From Auanema rhodensis (taxonomy: Eukaryota; Animalia; Nematoda): a stretch of DNA of 64,000 nt. Positions 27,452-41,000 of the stretch are shown here, one piece after another (position 1 is the first letter of the stretch; every line of letters begins with the position of its first letter). Below the pieces are notes generated by a model. The model had not been told where the DNA came from and did not search any database. It saw only the letters and a list, made by a program, of their open reading frames with translations. The translations under genes and the position numbers were made by a program. The DNA lies in NCBI GenBank assembly GCA_964057225.1, contig CAXKVF010000073.1, positions 744,001 through 808,000 on the forward strand. Reading direction: 5' to 3'.

Positions 27452-30400
27452 CACGTAAATTTCAAAGTCATGGTTACCATGCACCAATATCAATAAAAAT
27501 TTGTTTTTAGACTAATATGGACATGGGGAATCTAATTTTGAAAACCGCATCTCTTTATCTTTCACGTGAAGCGAGTTACATACCAAGTGCACATCACGTG
27601 TACATTTAATTAGCATAAATTAAAGTTCACGTAAATTTCAAAGTCATGGTTACCATGCACCAATATCAATAAAAATTTGTTTTTAGACTAATATGGACAT
27701 GGGGAATCTAATTTTGAAAACCGCATCTCTTTATCTTTCACGTGAAGCGAGTTACATACCAAGTGCACATCACGTGTACATTTAATTAGCATAAATTAAA
27801 GTTCACGTAAATTTCAAAGTCATGGTTACCATGAACCAATATCAATAAAAATTTGTTTTTAGACTAATATGGACATGGGGAATCTAATTTTGAAAACCGC
27901 ATCTCTTTATCTTTCACGTGAAGCGAGTTACATACCAAGTGCACATCACGTGTACATTTAATTAGCATAAATTAAAGTTCACGTAAATTTCAAAGTCATG
28001 GTTACCATGCACCAATATCAATAAAAATTTGTTTTTAGACTAATATGGACATGTGGAATCTAATTTTGAAAACCGCATTTCTTTATCTTTCACGTGAAGC
28101 GAGTTACATACCAAGTGCACATCACGTGTACATTTAATTAGCATAAATTAAAGTTCACGTAAATTTCAAAGTCATGGTTACCATGAACCAATATCAATAA
28201 AAATTTGTTTTTAGACTAATATGGACATGGGGAATCTAATTTTGAAAACCGCATCTCTTCATCTTTCACGTGAAGCGAGTTACATACCAAGTGCACATCA
28301 CGTGTACATTTAATTAGCATAAATTAAAGTTCACGTAAATTTCAAAGTCATGGTTACCATGCACCAATATCAATAAAAATTTGTTTTTAGACTAATATGG
28401 ACATGGGCAATCTAATTTTGAAAACCGCATCTCTTTATCTTTCACGTGAAGCGAGTTACATACCAAGTGCACATCAAGTGTACATTTAATTAGCATAAAT
28501 TAAAGTTCACGTAAATTTCAAAGTCATGGTTACCATGCACCAATATCAATAAAAATTTGTTTTTAGACTAATATGGACATGGGGAATCTAATTTTGAAAA
28601 CCGCATCTCTTTATCTTTCACGTGAAGCGAGTTACATACCAAGTGCACATCACGTGTACATTTAATTAGCATAAATTAAAGTTCACGTATATTTCAAAGT
28701 CATGGTTACCATGAACTAATATCAATAAAAATTTGTTTTTAGACTAATATGGACATGGGGAATCTAATTTTGAAAACCGCATCTCTTTATCTTTCACGTG
28801 AAGCGAGTTACATACCAAGTGCACATCACGTGTACATTTAATTAGCATAAATTAAAGTTCACGTAAATTTCAAAGTCATGGTTACCATGAAGCAATATCA
28901 ATAAAAATTTGTTTTTAGACTAATATGGACATGGGGAATCTAATTTTGAAAACCGCATCTCTTTATCTTTCACGTGAAGCGAGTTACATACCAAGTGCAC
29001 ATCACGTGTACATTTAATTAGCATAAATTAAAGTTCACGTAAATTTCAAAGTCATGGTTACCATGAAGCAATATCAATAAAAATTTGTTTTTAGACTAAT
29101 ATGGACATGGGGAATCTAATTTTGAAAACCGCATCTCTTTATCTTTCACGTGAAGCGAGTTACATACCAAGTGCACATCACGTGTACATTTAATTAGCAT
29201 AAATTAAAGTTCACGTAAATTTCAAAGTCATGGTTACCATGAACCAATATCAATAAAAATTTGTTTTTAGACTAATATGGACATGGGGAATCTAATTTTG
29301 AAAACCGCATTTCTTTATCTTTCACGTGAAGCGAGTTACATACCAAGTGCACATCACGTGTACATTTAATTAGCATAAATTAAAGTTCACGTAAAATTCA
29401 AAGTCATGGTTACCATGAACCAATATCAATAAAAATTTGTTTTTAGACTAATATGGACATGGGCAATCTAATTTTGAAAACCGCATCTCTTTATCTTTCA
29501 CGTGAAGCGAGTTACATACCAAGTGCACATCACGTGTACATTTAATTAGCATAAATTAAAGTTCACGTAAATTTCAAAGTCATGGTTACCATGCACCAAT
29601 ATCAATAAAAATTTGTTTTTAGACTAATATGGACATGGGCAATCTAATTTTGAAAACCGCATCTCTTTATCTTTCACGTGAAGCGAGTTACATACCAAGT
29701 GCACATCAAGTGTACATTTAATTAGCATAAATTAAAGTTCACGTAAATTTCAAAGTCATGGTTACCATGCACCAATATCAATAAAAATTTGTTTTTAGAC
29801 TAATATGGACATGGGGAATCTAATTTTGAAAACCGCATCTCTTTATCTTTCACGTGAAGCGAGTTACATACCAAGTGCACATCACGTGTACATTTAATTA
29901 GCATAAATTAAAGTTCACGTATATTTCAAAGTCATGGTTACCATGAACTAATATCAATAAAAATTTGTTTTTAGACTAATATGGACATGGGGAATCTAAT
30001 TTTGAAAACCGCATCTCTTTATCTTTCACGTGAAGCGAGTTACATACCAAGTGCACATCACGTGTACATTTAATTAGCATAAATTAAAGTTCACGTAAAT
30101 TTCAAAGTCATGGTTACCATGAAGCAATATCAATAAAAATTTGTTTTTAGACTAATATGGACATGGGGAATCTAATTTTGAAAACCGCATCTCTTTATCT
30201 TTCACGTGAAGCGAGTTACATACCAAGTGCACATCACGTGTACATTTAATTAGCATAAATTAAAGTTCACGTAAATTTCAAAGTCATGGTTACCATGAAG
30301 CAATATCAATAAAAATTTGTTTTTAGACTAATATGGACATGGGGAATCTAATTTTGAAAACCGCATCTCTTTATCTTTCACGTGAAGCGAGTTACATACC

Positions 30401-32907
30401 AAGTGCACATCACGTGTACATTTAATTAGCATAAATTAAAGTTCACGTAAATTTCAAAGTCATGGTTACCATGAACCAATATCAATAAAAATTTGTTTTT
30501 AGACTAATATGGACATGGGGAATCTAATTTTGAAAACCGCATTTCTTTATCTTTCACGTGAAGCGAGTTACATACCAAGTGCACATCACGTGTACATTTA
30601 ATTAGCATAAATTAAAGTTCACGTAAAATTCAAAGTCATGGTTACCATGAACCAATATCAATAAAAATTTGTTTTTAGACTAATATGGACATGGGCAATC
30701 TAATTTTGAAAACCGCATCTCTTTATCTTTCACGTGAAGCGAGTTACATACCAAGTGCACATCACGTGTACATTTAATTAGCATAAATTAAAGTTCACGT
30801 AAATTTCAAAGTCATGGTTACCATGCACCAATATCAATAAAAATTTGTTTTTAGACTAATATGGACATGGGGAATCTAATTTTGAAAACCGCATCTCTTT
30901 ATCTTTCACGTGAAGCGAGTTACATACCAAGTGCACATCACGTGTACATTTAATTAGCATAAATTAAAGTTCACGTAAATTTCAAAGTCATGGTTACCAT
31001 GCACCAATATCAATAAAAATTTGTTTTTAGACTAATATGGACATGGGGAATCTAATTTTGAAAACCGCATCTCTTTATCTTTCACGTGAAGCGAGTTACA
31101 TACCAAGTGCACATCACGTGTACATTTAATTAGCATAAATTAAAGTTCACGTAAATTTCAAAGTCATGGTTACCATGAACCAATATCAATAAAAATTTGT
31201 TTTTAGACTAATATGGACATGGGGAATCTAATTTTGAAAACCGCATCTCTTTATCTTTCACGTGAAGCGAGTTACATACCAAGTGCACATCACGTGTACA
31301 TTTAATTAGCATAAATTAAAGTTCACGTAAATTTCAAAGTCATGGTTACCATGCACCAATATCAATAAAAATTTGTTTTTAGACTAATATGGACATGTGG
31401 AATCTAATTTTGAAAACCGCATCTCTTTATCTTTCACGTGAAGCGAGTTACATACCAAGTGCACATCACGTGTACATTTAATTAGCATAAATTAAAGTTC
31501 ACGTAAATTTCAAAGTCATGGTTACCATGAACCAATATCAATAAAAATTTGTTTTTAGACTAATATGGACATGGGGAATCTAATTTTGAAAACCGCATCT
31601 CTTCATCTTTCACGTGAAGCGAGTTACATACCAAGTGCACATCACGTGTACATTTAATTAGCATAAATTAAAGTTCACGTAAATTTCAAAGTCATGGTTA
31701 CCATGCACCAATATCAATAAAAATTTGTTTTTAGACTAATATGGACATGGGCAATCTAATTTTGAAAACCGCATCTCTTTATCTTTCACGTGAAGCGAGT
31801 TACATACCAAGTGCACATCAAGTGTACATTTAATTAGCATAAATTAAAGTTCACGTAAATTTCAAAGTCATGGTTACCATGCACCAATATCAATAAAAAT
31901 TTGTTTTTAGACTAATATGGACATGGGGAATCTAATTTTGAAAACCGCATCTCTTTATCTTTCACGTGAAGCGAGTTACATACCAAGTGCACATCACGTG
32001 TACATTTAATTAGCATAAATTAAAGTTCACGTATATTTCAAAGTCATGGTTACCATGAACTAATATCAATAAAAATTTGTTTTTAGACTAATATGGACAT
32101 GGGGAATCTAATTTTGAAAACCGCATCTCTTTATCTTTCACGTGAAGCGAGTTACATACCAAGTGCACATCACGTGTACATTTAATTAGCATAAATTAAA
32201 GTTCACGTAAATTTCAAAGTCATGGTTACCATGAAGCAATATCAATAAAAATTTGTTTTTAGACTAATATGGACATGGGGAATCTAATTTTGAAAACCGC
32301 ATCTCTTTATCTTTCACGTGAAGCGAGTTACATACCAAGTGCACATCACGTGTACATTTAATTAGCATAAATTAAAGTTCACGTAAATTTCAAAGTCATG
32401 GTTACCATGAAGCAATATCAATAAAAATTTGTTTTTAGACTAATATGGACATGGGGAATCTAATTTTGAAAACCGCATCTCTTTATCTTTCACGTGAAGC
32501 GAGTTACATACCAAGTGCACATCACGTGTACATTTAATTAGCATAAATTAAAGTTCACGTAAATTTCAAAGTCATGGTTACCATGAACCAATATCAATAA
32601 AAATTTGTTTTTAGACTAATATGGACATGGGGAATCTAATTTTGAAAACCGCATTTCTTTATCTTTCACGTGAAGCGAGTTACATACCAAGTGCACATCA
32701 CGTGTACATTTAATTAGCATAAATTAAAGTTCACGTAAAATTCAAAGTCATGGTTACCATGAACCAATATCAATAAAAATTTGTTTTTAGACTAATATGG
32801 ACATGGGCAATCTAATTTTGAAAACCGCATCTCTTTATCTTTCACGTGAAGCGAGTTACATACCAAGTGCACATCAAGTGTACATTTAATTAGCATAAAT
32901 TAAAGTT
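27452..32907. repeat. Nested higher-order repeat: 12-mer (27452-29563 vs 30796-32907, offset 19 monomers) with an internal 7-mer tandem duplication (28332-29563 vs 29564-30795)
   Basis: G75T at 28054/31398 (offset 3344 = 19x176). The series G77C+C146A, CACC, A7T+AACT, AAGC, AAGC, C100T, T9A+G77C starts at 28332, 29564 and 31676. Confidence 0.88.
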
Positions 32908-35019
32908 CACGTAAATTTCAAAGTCATGGTTACCATGCACCAATATCAATAAAAATTTGTTTTTAGACTAATATGGACATGGGGAATCTAATTTTGAAAA
33001 CCGCATCTCTTTATCTTTCACGTGAAGCGAGTTACATACCAAGTGCACATCACGTGTACATTTAATTAGCATAAATTAAAGTTCACGTATATTTCAAAGT
33101 CATGGTTACCATGAACTAATATCAATAAAAATTTGTTTTTAGACTAATATGGACATGGGGAATCTAATTTTGAAAACCGCATCTCTTTATCTTTCACGTG
33201 AAGCGAGTTACATACCAAGTGCACATCACGTGTACATTTAATTAGCATAAATTAAAGTTCACGTAAATTTCAAAGTCATGGTTACCATGAACCAATATCA
33301 ATAAAAATTTGTTTTTAGACTAATATAGACATGGGGAATCTAATTTTGAAAACCGCATCTCTTTATCTTTCACGTGAAGCGAGTTACATACCAAGTGCAC
33401 ATCACGTGTACATTTAATTAGCATAAATTAAAGTTCACGTAAATTTCAAAGTCATGGTTACCATGAACCAATATCAATAAAAATTTGTTTTTAGACTAAT
33501 ATGGACATGGGGAATCTAATTTTGAAAACCGCATCTCTTTATCTTTCACGTGAAGCGAGTTACATACCAAGTGCACATCACGTGTACATTTAATTAGCAT
33601 AAATTAAAGTTCACGTAAATTTCAAAGTCATGGTTACCATGCACCAATATCAATAAAAATTTGTTTTTAGACTAATATGGACATGGGGAATCTAATTTTG
33701 AAAACCGCATCTCTTTATCTTTCACGTGAAGCGAGTTACATACCAAGTGCACATCACGTGTACATTTAATTAGCATAAATTAAAGTTCACGTAAATTTCA
33801 AAGTCATGGTTACCATGCACCAATATCAATAAAAATTCGTTTTTAGACTAATATGGACATGGGGAATCTAATTTTGAAAACCGCATCTCTTTATCTTTCA
33901 CGTGAAGCGAGTTACATACCAAGTGCACATCACGTGTACATTTAATTAGCATAAATTAAAGTTCACGTAAATTTCAAAGTCATGGTTACCATGAAGCAAT
34001 ATCAATAAAAATTTGTTTTTAGACTAATATGGACATGGGGAATCTAATTTTGAAAACCGCATCTCTTTATCTTTCACGTGAAGCGAGTTACATACCAAGT
34101 GCACATCACGTGTACATTTAATTAGCATAAATTAAAGTTCACGTAAATTTCAAAGTCATGGTTACCATGAAGCAATATCAATAAAAATTTGTTTTTAGAC
34201 TAATATGGACATGGGGAATCTAATTTTGAAAACCGCATCTCTTTATCTTTCACGTGAAGCGAGTTACATACCAAGTGCACATCACGTGTACATTTAATTA
34301 GCATAAATTAAAGTTCACGTAAAATTCAAAGTCATGGTTACCATGAACCAATATCAATAAAAATTTGTTTTTAGACTAATATAGACATGGGTAATCTAAT
34401 TTTGAAAACCGCATCTCTTTATCTTTCACGTGAAGCGAGTTACATACCAAGTGCACATCACGTGTACATTTAATTAGCATAAATTAAAGTTCACGTAAAT
34501 TTCAAAGTCATGGTTACCATGAAGCAATATCAATAAAAATTTGTTTTTAGACTAATATGGACATGGGGAATCTAATTTTGAAAACCGCATCTCTTTATCT
34601 TTCACGTGAAGCGAGTTACATACCAAGTGCACATCACGTGTACATTTAATTAGCATAAATTAAAGTTCACGTAAATTTCAAAGTCATGGTTACCATGAAG
34701 CAATATCAATAAAAATTTGTTTTTAGACTAATATGGACATGGGGAATCTAATTTTGAAAACCGCATCTCTTTATCTTTCACGTGAAGCGAGTTACATACC
34801 AAGTGCACATCACGTGTACATTTAATTAGCATAAATTAAAGTTCACGTAAAATTCAAAGTCATGGTTACCATGAACTAATATCAATAAAAATTTGTTTTT
34901 AGACTAATATGGACATGGGGAATCTAATTTTGAGAACCGCATCTCTTTATCTTTCACGTGAAGCGAGTTACATACCAAGTGCACATCACGTGTACATTTA
35001 ATTAGCATAAATTAAAGTT

Positions 35020-38000
35020 CACGTAAATTACAAAGTCATGGTTACCATGAACCAATATCAATAAAAATTTGTTTTTAGACTAATATGGACATGGGGAATC
35101 TAATTTTGAAAACCGCATCTCTTTATCTTTCACGTGAAGCGAGTTACATACCAAGTGCACATCACGTGTACATTTAATTAGCATAAATTAAAGTTCACGT
35201 AAAATTCAAAGTCATGGTTACCATGAACCAATATCAATAAAAATTTGTTTTTAGACTAATATAGACATGGGGAATCTAATTTTGAAAACCGCATCTCTTT
35301 ATCTTTCACGTGAAGCGAGTTACATACCAAGTGCACATCACGTGTACATTTAATTAGCATAAATTAAAGTTCACGTAAATTTCAAAGTCATGGTTACCAT
35401 GAACCAATATCAATAAAAATTTGTTTTTAGACTAATATGGACATGGGGAATCTAATTTTGAAAACCGCATCTCTTCATCTTTCACGTGAAGCGAGTTACA
35501 TACCAAGTGCACATCACGTGTACATTTAATTAGCATAAATTAAAGTTCACGTAAATTTCAAAGTCATGGTTACCATGCACCAATGTCAATAAAAATTTGT
35601 TTTTAGACTAATATGGACATGGGAAATCTAATTTTGAAAACCGCATCTCTTTATCTTTCACGTGAAGCGAGTTACATACCAAGTGCACATCACGTGTACA
35701 TTTAATTAGCATAAATTAAAGTTCACGTAAATTTCAAAGTCATGGTTACCATGCACCAATATCAATAAAAATTCGTTTTTAGACTAATATGGACATGGGG
35801 AATCTAATTTTGAAAACCGCATCTCTTTATCTTTCACGTGAAGCGAGTTACATACCAAGTGCACATCACGTGTACATTTAATTAGCATAAATTAAAGTTC
35901 ACGTAAATTTCAAAGTCATGGTTACCATGAAGCAATATCAATAAAAATTTGTTTTTAGACTAATATGGACATGGGGAATCTAATTTTGAAAACCGCATCT
36001 CTTTATCTTTCACGTGAAGCGAGTTACATACCAAGTGCACATCACGTGTACATTTAATTAGCATAAATTAAAGTTCACGTAAATTTCAAAGTCATGGTTA
36101 CCATGAAGCAATATCAATAAAAATTTGTTTTTAGACTAATATGGACATGGGGAATCTAATTTTGAAAACCGCATCTCTTTATCTTTCACGTGAAGCGAGT
36201 TACATACCATGTGCACATCACGTGTACATTTAATTAGCATAAATTAAAGTTCACGTAAATTTCAAAGTCATGGTTACCATGAACCAATATCAATAAAAAT
36301 TTGTTTTTAGACTAATATAGACATGGGGAATCTAATTTTGAAAACCGCATTTCTTTATCTTTCACGTGAAGCGAGTTACATACCAAGTGCACATCACGTG
36401 TACATTTAATTAGCATAAATTAAAGTTCACGTAAAATTCAAAGTCATGGTTACCATGAACCAATATCAATAAAAATTTGTTTTTAGACTAATATAGACAT
36501 GGGGAATCTAATTTTGAAAACCGCATCTCTTTATCTTTCACGTGAAGCGAGTTACATACCAAGTGCACATCACGTGTACATTTAATTAGCATAAATTAAA
36601 GTTCACGTAAATTTCAAAGTCATGGTTACCATGAACCAATATCAATAAAAATTTGTTTTTAGACTAATATGGACATGGGGAATCTAATTTTGAAAACCGC
36701 ATCTCTTTATCTTTCACGTGAAGCGAGTTACATACCAAGTGCACATCACGTGTACATTTAATTAGCATAAATTAAAGTTCACGTAAATTTCAAAGTCATG
36801 GTTACCATGAAGCAATATCAATAAAAATTTGTTTTTAGACTAATATGGACATGGGGAATCTAATTTTGAAAACCGCATCTCTTTATCTTTCACGTGAAGC
36901 GAGTTACATACCAAGTGCACATCACGTGTACATTTAATTAGCATAAATTAAAGTTCACGTAAATTTCAAAGTCATGGTTACCATGAAGCAATATCAATAA
37001 AAATTTGTTTTTAGACTAATATGGACATGGGGAATCTAATTTTGAAAACCGCATCTCTTTATCTTTCACGTGAAGCGAGTTACATACCAAGTGCACATCA
37101 CGTGTACATTTAATTAGCATAAATTAAAGTTCACGTAAATTTCAAAGTCATGGTTACCATGAACCAATATCAATAAAAATTTGTTTTTAGACTAATATGG
37201 ACATGGGGAATCTAATTTTGAAAACCGCATTTCTTTATCTTTCACGTGAAGCGAGTTACATACCAAGTGCACATCACGTGTACATTTAATTAGCATAAAT
37301 TAAAGTTCACGTAAAATTCAAAGTCATGGTTACCATGAACCAATATCAATAAAAATTTGTTTTTAGACTAATATGGACATGGGCAATCTAATTTTGAAAA
37401 CCGCATCTCTTTATCTTTCACGTGAAGTGAGTTACATACCAAGTGTACATCAAGTGTACATTTAATTAGCATAAATTAAAGTTCACGTAAATTTCAAAGT
37501 CATGGTTACCATGCACCAATATCAATAAAAATTTGTTTTTAGACTAATATGGACATGGGGAATCTAATTTTGAAAACCGCATCTCTTTATCTTTCACGTG
37601 AAGCGAGTTACATACCAAGTGCACATCACGTGTACATTTAATTAGCATAAATTAAAGTTCACGTATATTTCAAAGTCATGGTTACCATGAACTAATATCA
37701 GTAAAAATTTGTTTTTAGACTAATATGGACATGGGGAATCTAATTTTGAAAACCGCATCTCTTTATCTTTCACGTGAAGCGAGTTACATACCAAGTGCAC
37801 ATCACGTGTACATTTAATTAGCATAAATTAAAGTTCACGTAAATTTCAAAATCATGGTTACCATGAACCAATATCAATAAAAATTTGTTTTTAGACTAAT
37901 ATGGACATGGGGAATCTAATTTTGAAAACCGCATCTCTTTATCTTTCACGTGAAGCGAGTTACATACCAAGTGCACATCACGTGTACATTTAATTAGCAT

Positions 38001-41000
38001 AAATTAAAGTTCACGTAAATTTCAAAGTCATGGTTACCATGAAGCAATATCAATAAAAATTTGTTTTTAGACTAATATGGACATGGGGAATCTAATTTTG
38101 AAAACCGCATCTCTTTATCTTTCACGTGAAGCGAGTTACATACCAAGTGCACATCACGTGTACATTTAATTAGCATAAATTAAAGTTCACGTATATTTCA
38201 AAGTCATGGTTACCATGAACTAATATCAATAAAAATTTGTTTTTAGACTAATATGGACATGGGGAATCTAATTTTGAGAACCGCATCTCTTTATCTTTCA
38301 CGTGAAGCGAGTTACATACCAAGTGCACATCACGTGTACATTTAATTAGCATAAATTAAAGTTCACGTAAATTACAAAGTCATGGTTACCATGAACCAAT
38401 ATCAATAAAAATTTGTTTTTAGACTAATATGGACATGGGGAATCTAATTTTGAAAACCGCATCTCTTTATCTTTCACGTGAAGCGAGTTACATACCAAGT
38501 GCACATCACGTGTACATTTAATTAGCATAAATTAAAGTTCACGTAAATTTCAAAGTCATGGTTACCATGAAGCAATATCAATAAAAATTTGTTTTTAGAC
38601 TAATATGGACATGGGGAATCTAATTTTGAAAACCGCATCTCTTTATCTTTCACGTGAAGCGAGTTACATACCAAGTGCACATCACGTGTACATTTAATTA
38701 GCATAAATTAAAGTTCACGTATATTTCAAAGTCATGGTTACCATGAACTAATATCAATAAAAATTTGTTTTTAGACTAATATGGACATGGGGAATCTAAT
38801 TTTGAAAACCGCATCTCTTTATCTTTCACGTGAAGCGAGTTACATACCAAGTGCACATCACGTGTACATTTAATTAGCATAAATTAAAGTTCACGTAAAT
38901 TTCAAAGTCATGGTTACCATGAACCAATATCAATAAAAATTTGTTTTTAGACTAATATGGACATGGGGAATCTAATTTTGAAAACCGCATCTCTTTATCT
39001 TTCACGTGAAGCGAGTTACATACCAAGTGCACATCACGTGTACATTTAATTGGCATAAATTAAAGTTCACGTAAATTTCAAAGTCATGGTTACCATGCAC
39101 CAATATCAATAAAAATTTGTTTTTAGACTAATATGGACATGGGGAATCTAATTTTGAAAACCGCATCTCTTTATCTTTCACGTGAAGCGAGTTACATACC
39201 AAGTGCACATCACGTGTACATTTAATTAGCATAAATTAAAGTTCACGTAAAATTCAAAGTCATGGTTACCATGAACCAATATCAATAAAAATTTGTTTTT
39301 AGACTAATATAGACATGGGGAATCAAATTTTGAAAACCGCATCTCTTTATCTTTCACGTGAAGCGAGTTACATACCAAGTGCACATCACGTGTACATTTA
39401 ATTAGCATAAATTAAAGTTCACGTAAATTTCAAAGTCATGGTTACCATGAACCAATATCAATAAAAATTTGTTTTTAGACTAATATAGACATGGGGAATC
39501 TAATTTTGAAAACCGCATTTCTTTATCTTTCACGTGAAGCGAGTTACATACCAAGTGCACATCACGTGTACATTTAATTAGCATAAATTAAAGTTCACGT
39601 AAAATTCAAAGTCATGGTTACCATGAACCAATATCAATAAAAATTTGTTTTTAGACTAATATAGACATGGGGAATCTAATTTTGAAAACCTCATCTCTTT
39701 ATCTTTCACGTGAAGCGAGTTACATACCAAGTGCACATCACGTGTACATTTAATTAGCATAAATTAAAGTTCACGTAAATTTCAAAGTCATGGTTACCAT
39801 GAACCAATATCAATAAAAATTTGTTTTTAGACTAATATAGACATGGGGAATCTAATTTTGAAAACCGCATCTCTTTATCTTTCACGTGAAGCGAGTTACA
39901 TACCAAGTGCACATCACGTGTACATTTAATTAGCATAAATTAAAGTTCACGTAAATTTCAAAGTCATGGTTACCATGAAGCAATATCAATAAAAATTTGT
40001 TTTTAGACTAATATGGACATGGGGAATCTAATTTTGAAAACCGCATCTCTTTATCTTTCACGTGAAGCGAGTTACATACCAAGTGCACATCACGTGTACA
40101 TTTAATTAGCATAAATTAAAGTTCACGTAAATTTCAAAGTCATGGTTACCATGAAGCAATATCAATAAAAATTTGTTTTTAGACTAATATGGACATGGGG
40201 AATCTAATTTTGAAAACCGCATCTCTTTATCTTTCACGTGAAGCGAGTTACATACCAAGTGCACATCACGTGTACATTTAATTAGCATAAATTAAAGTTC
40301 ACGTAAATTTCAAAGTCATGGTTACCATGAACCAATATCAATAAAAATTTGTTTTTAGACTAATATGGACATGGGGAATCTAATTTTGAAAACCGCATTT
40401 CTTTATCTTTCACGTGAAGCGAGTTACATACCAAGTGCACATCACGTGTACATTTAATTAGCATAAATTAAAGTTCACGTAAAATTCAAAGTCATGGTTA
40501 CCATGAACCAATATCAATAAAAATTTGTTTTTAGACTAATATGGACATGGGCAATCTAATTTTGAAAACCGCATCTCTTTATCTTTCACGTGAAGTGAGT
40601 TACATACCAAGTGTACATCAAGTGTACATTTAATTAGCATAAATTAAAGTTCACGTAAATTTCAAAGTCATGGTTACCATGCACCAATATCAATAAAAAT
40701 TTGTTTTTAGACTAATATGGACATGGGGAATCTAATTTTGAAAACCGCATCTCTTTATCTTTCACGTGAAGCGAGTTACATACCAAGTGCACATCACGTG
40801 TACATTTAATTAGCATAAATTAAAGTTCACGTATATTTCAAAGTCATGGTTACCATGAACTAATATCAGTAAAAATTTGTTTTTAGACTAATATGGACAT
40901 GGGGAATCTAATTTTGAAAACCGCATCTCTTTATCTTTCACGTGAAGCGAGTTACATACCAAGTGCACATCACGTGTACATTTAATTAGCATAAATTAAA

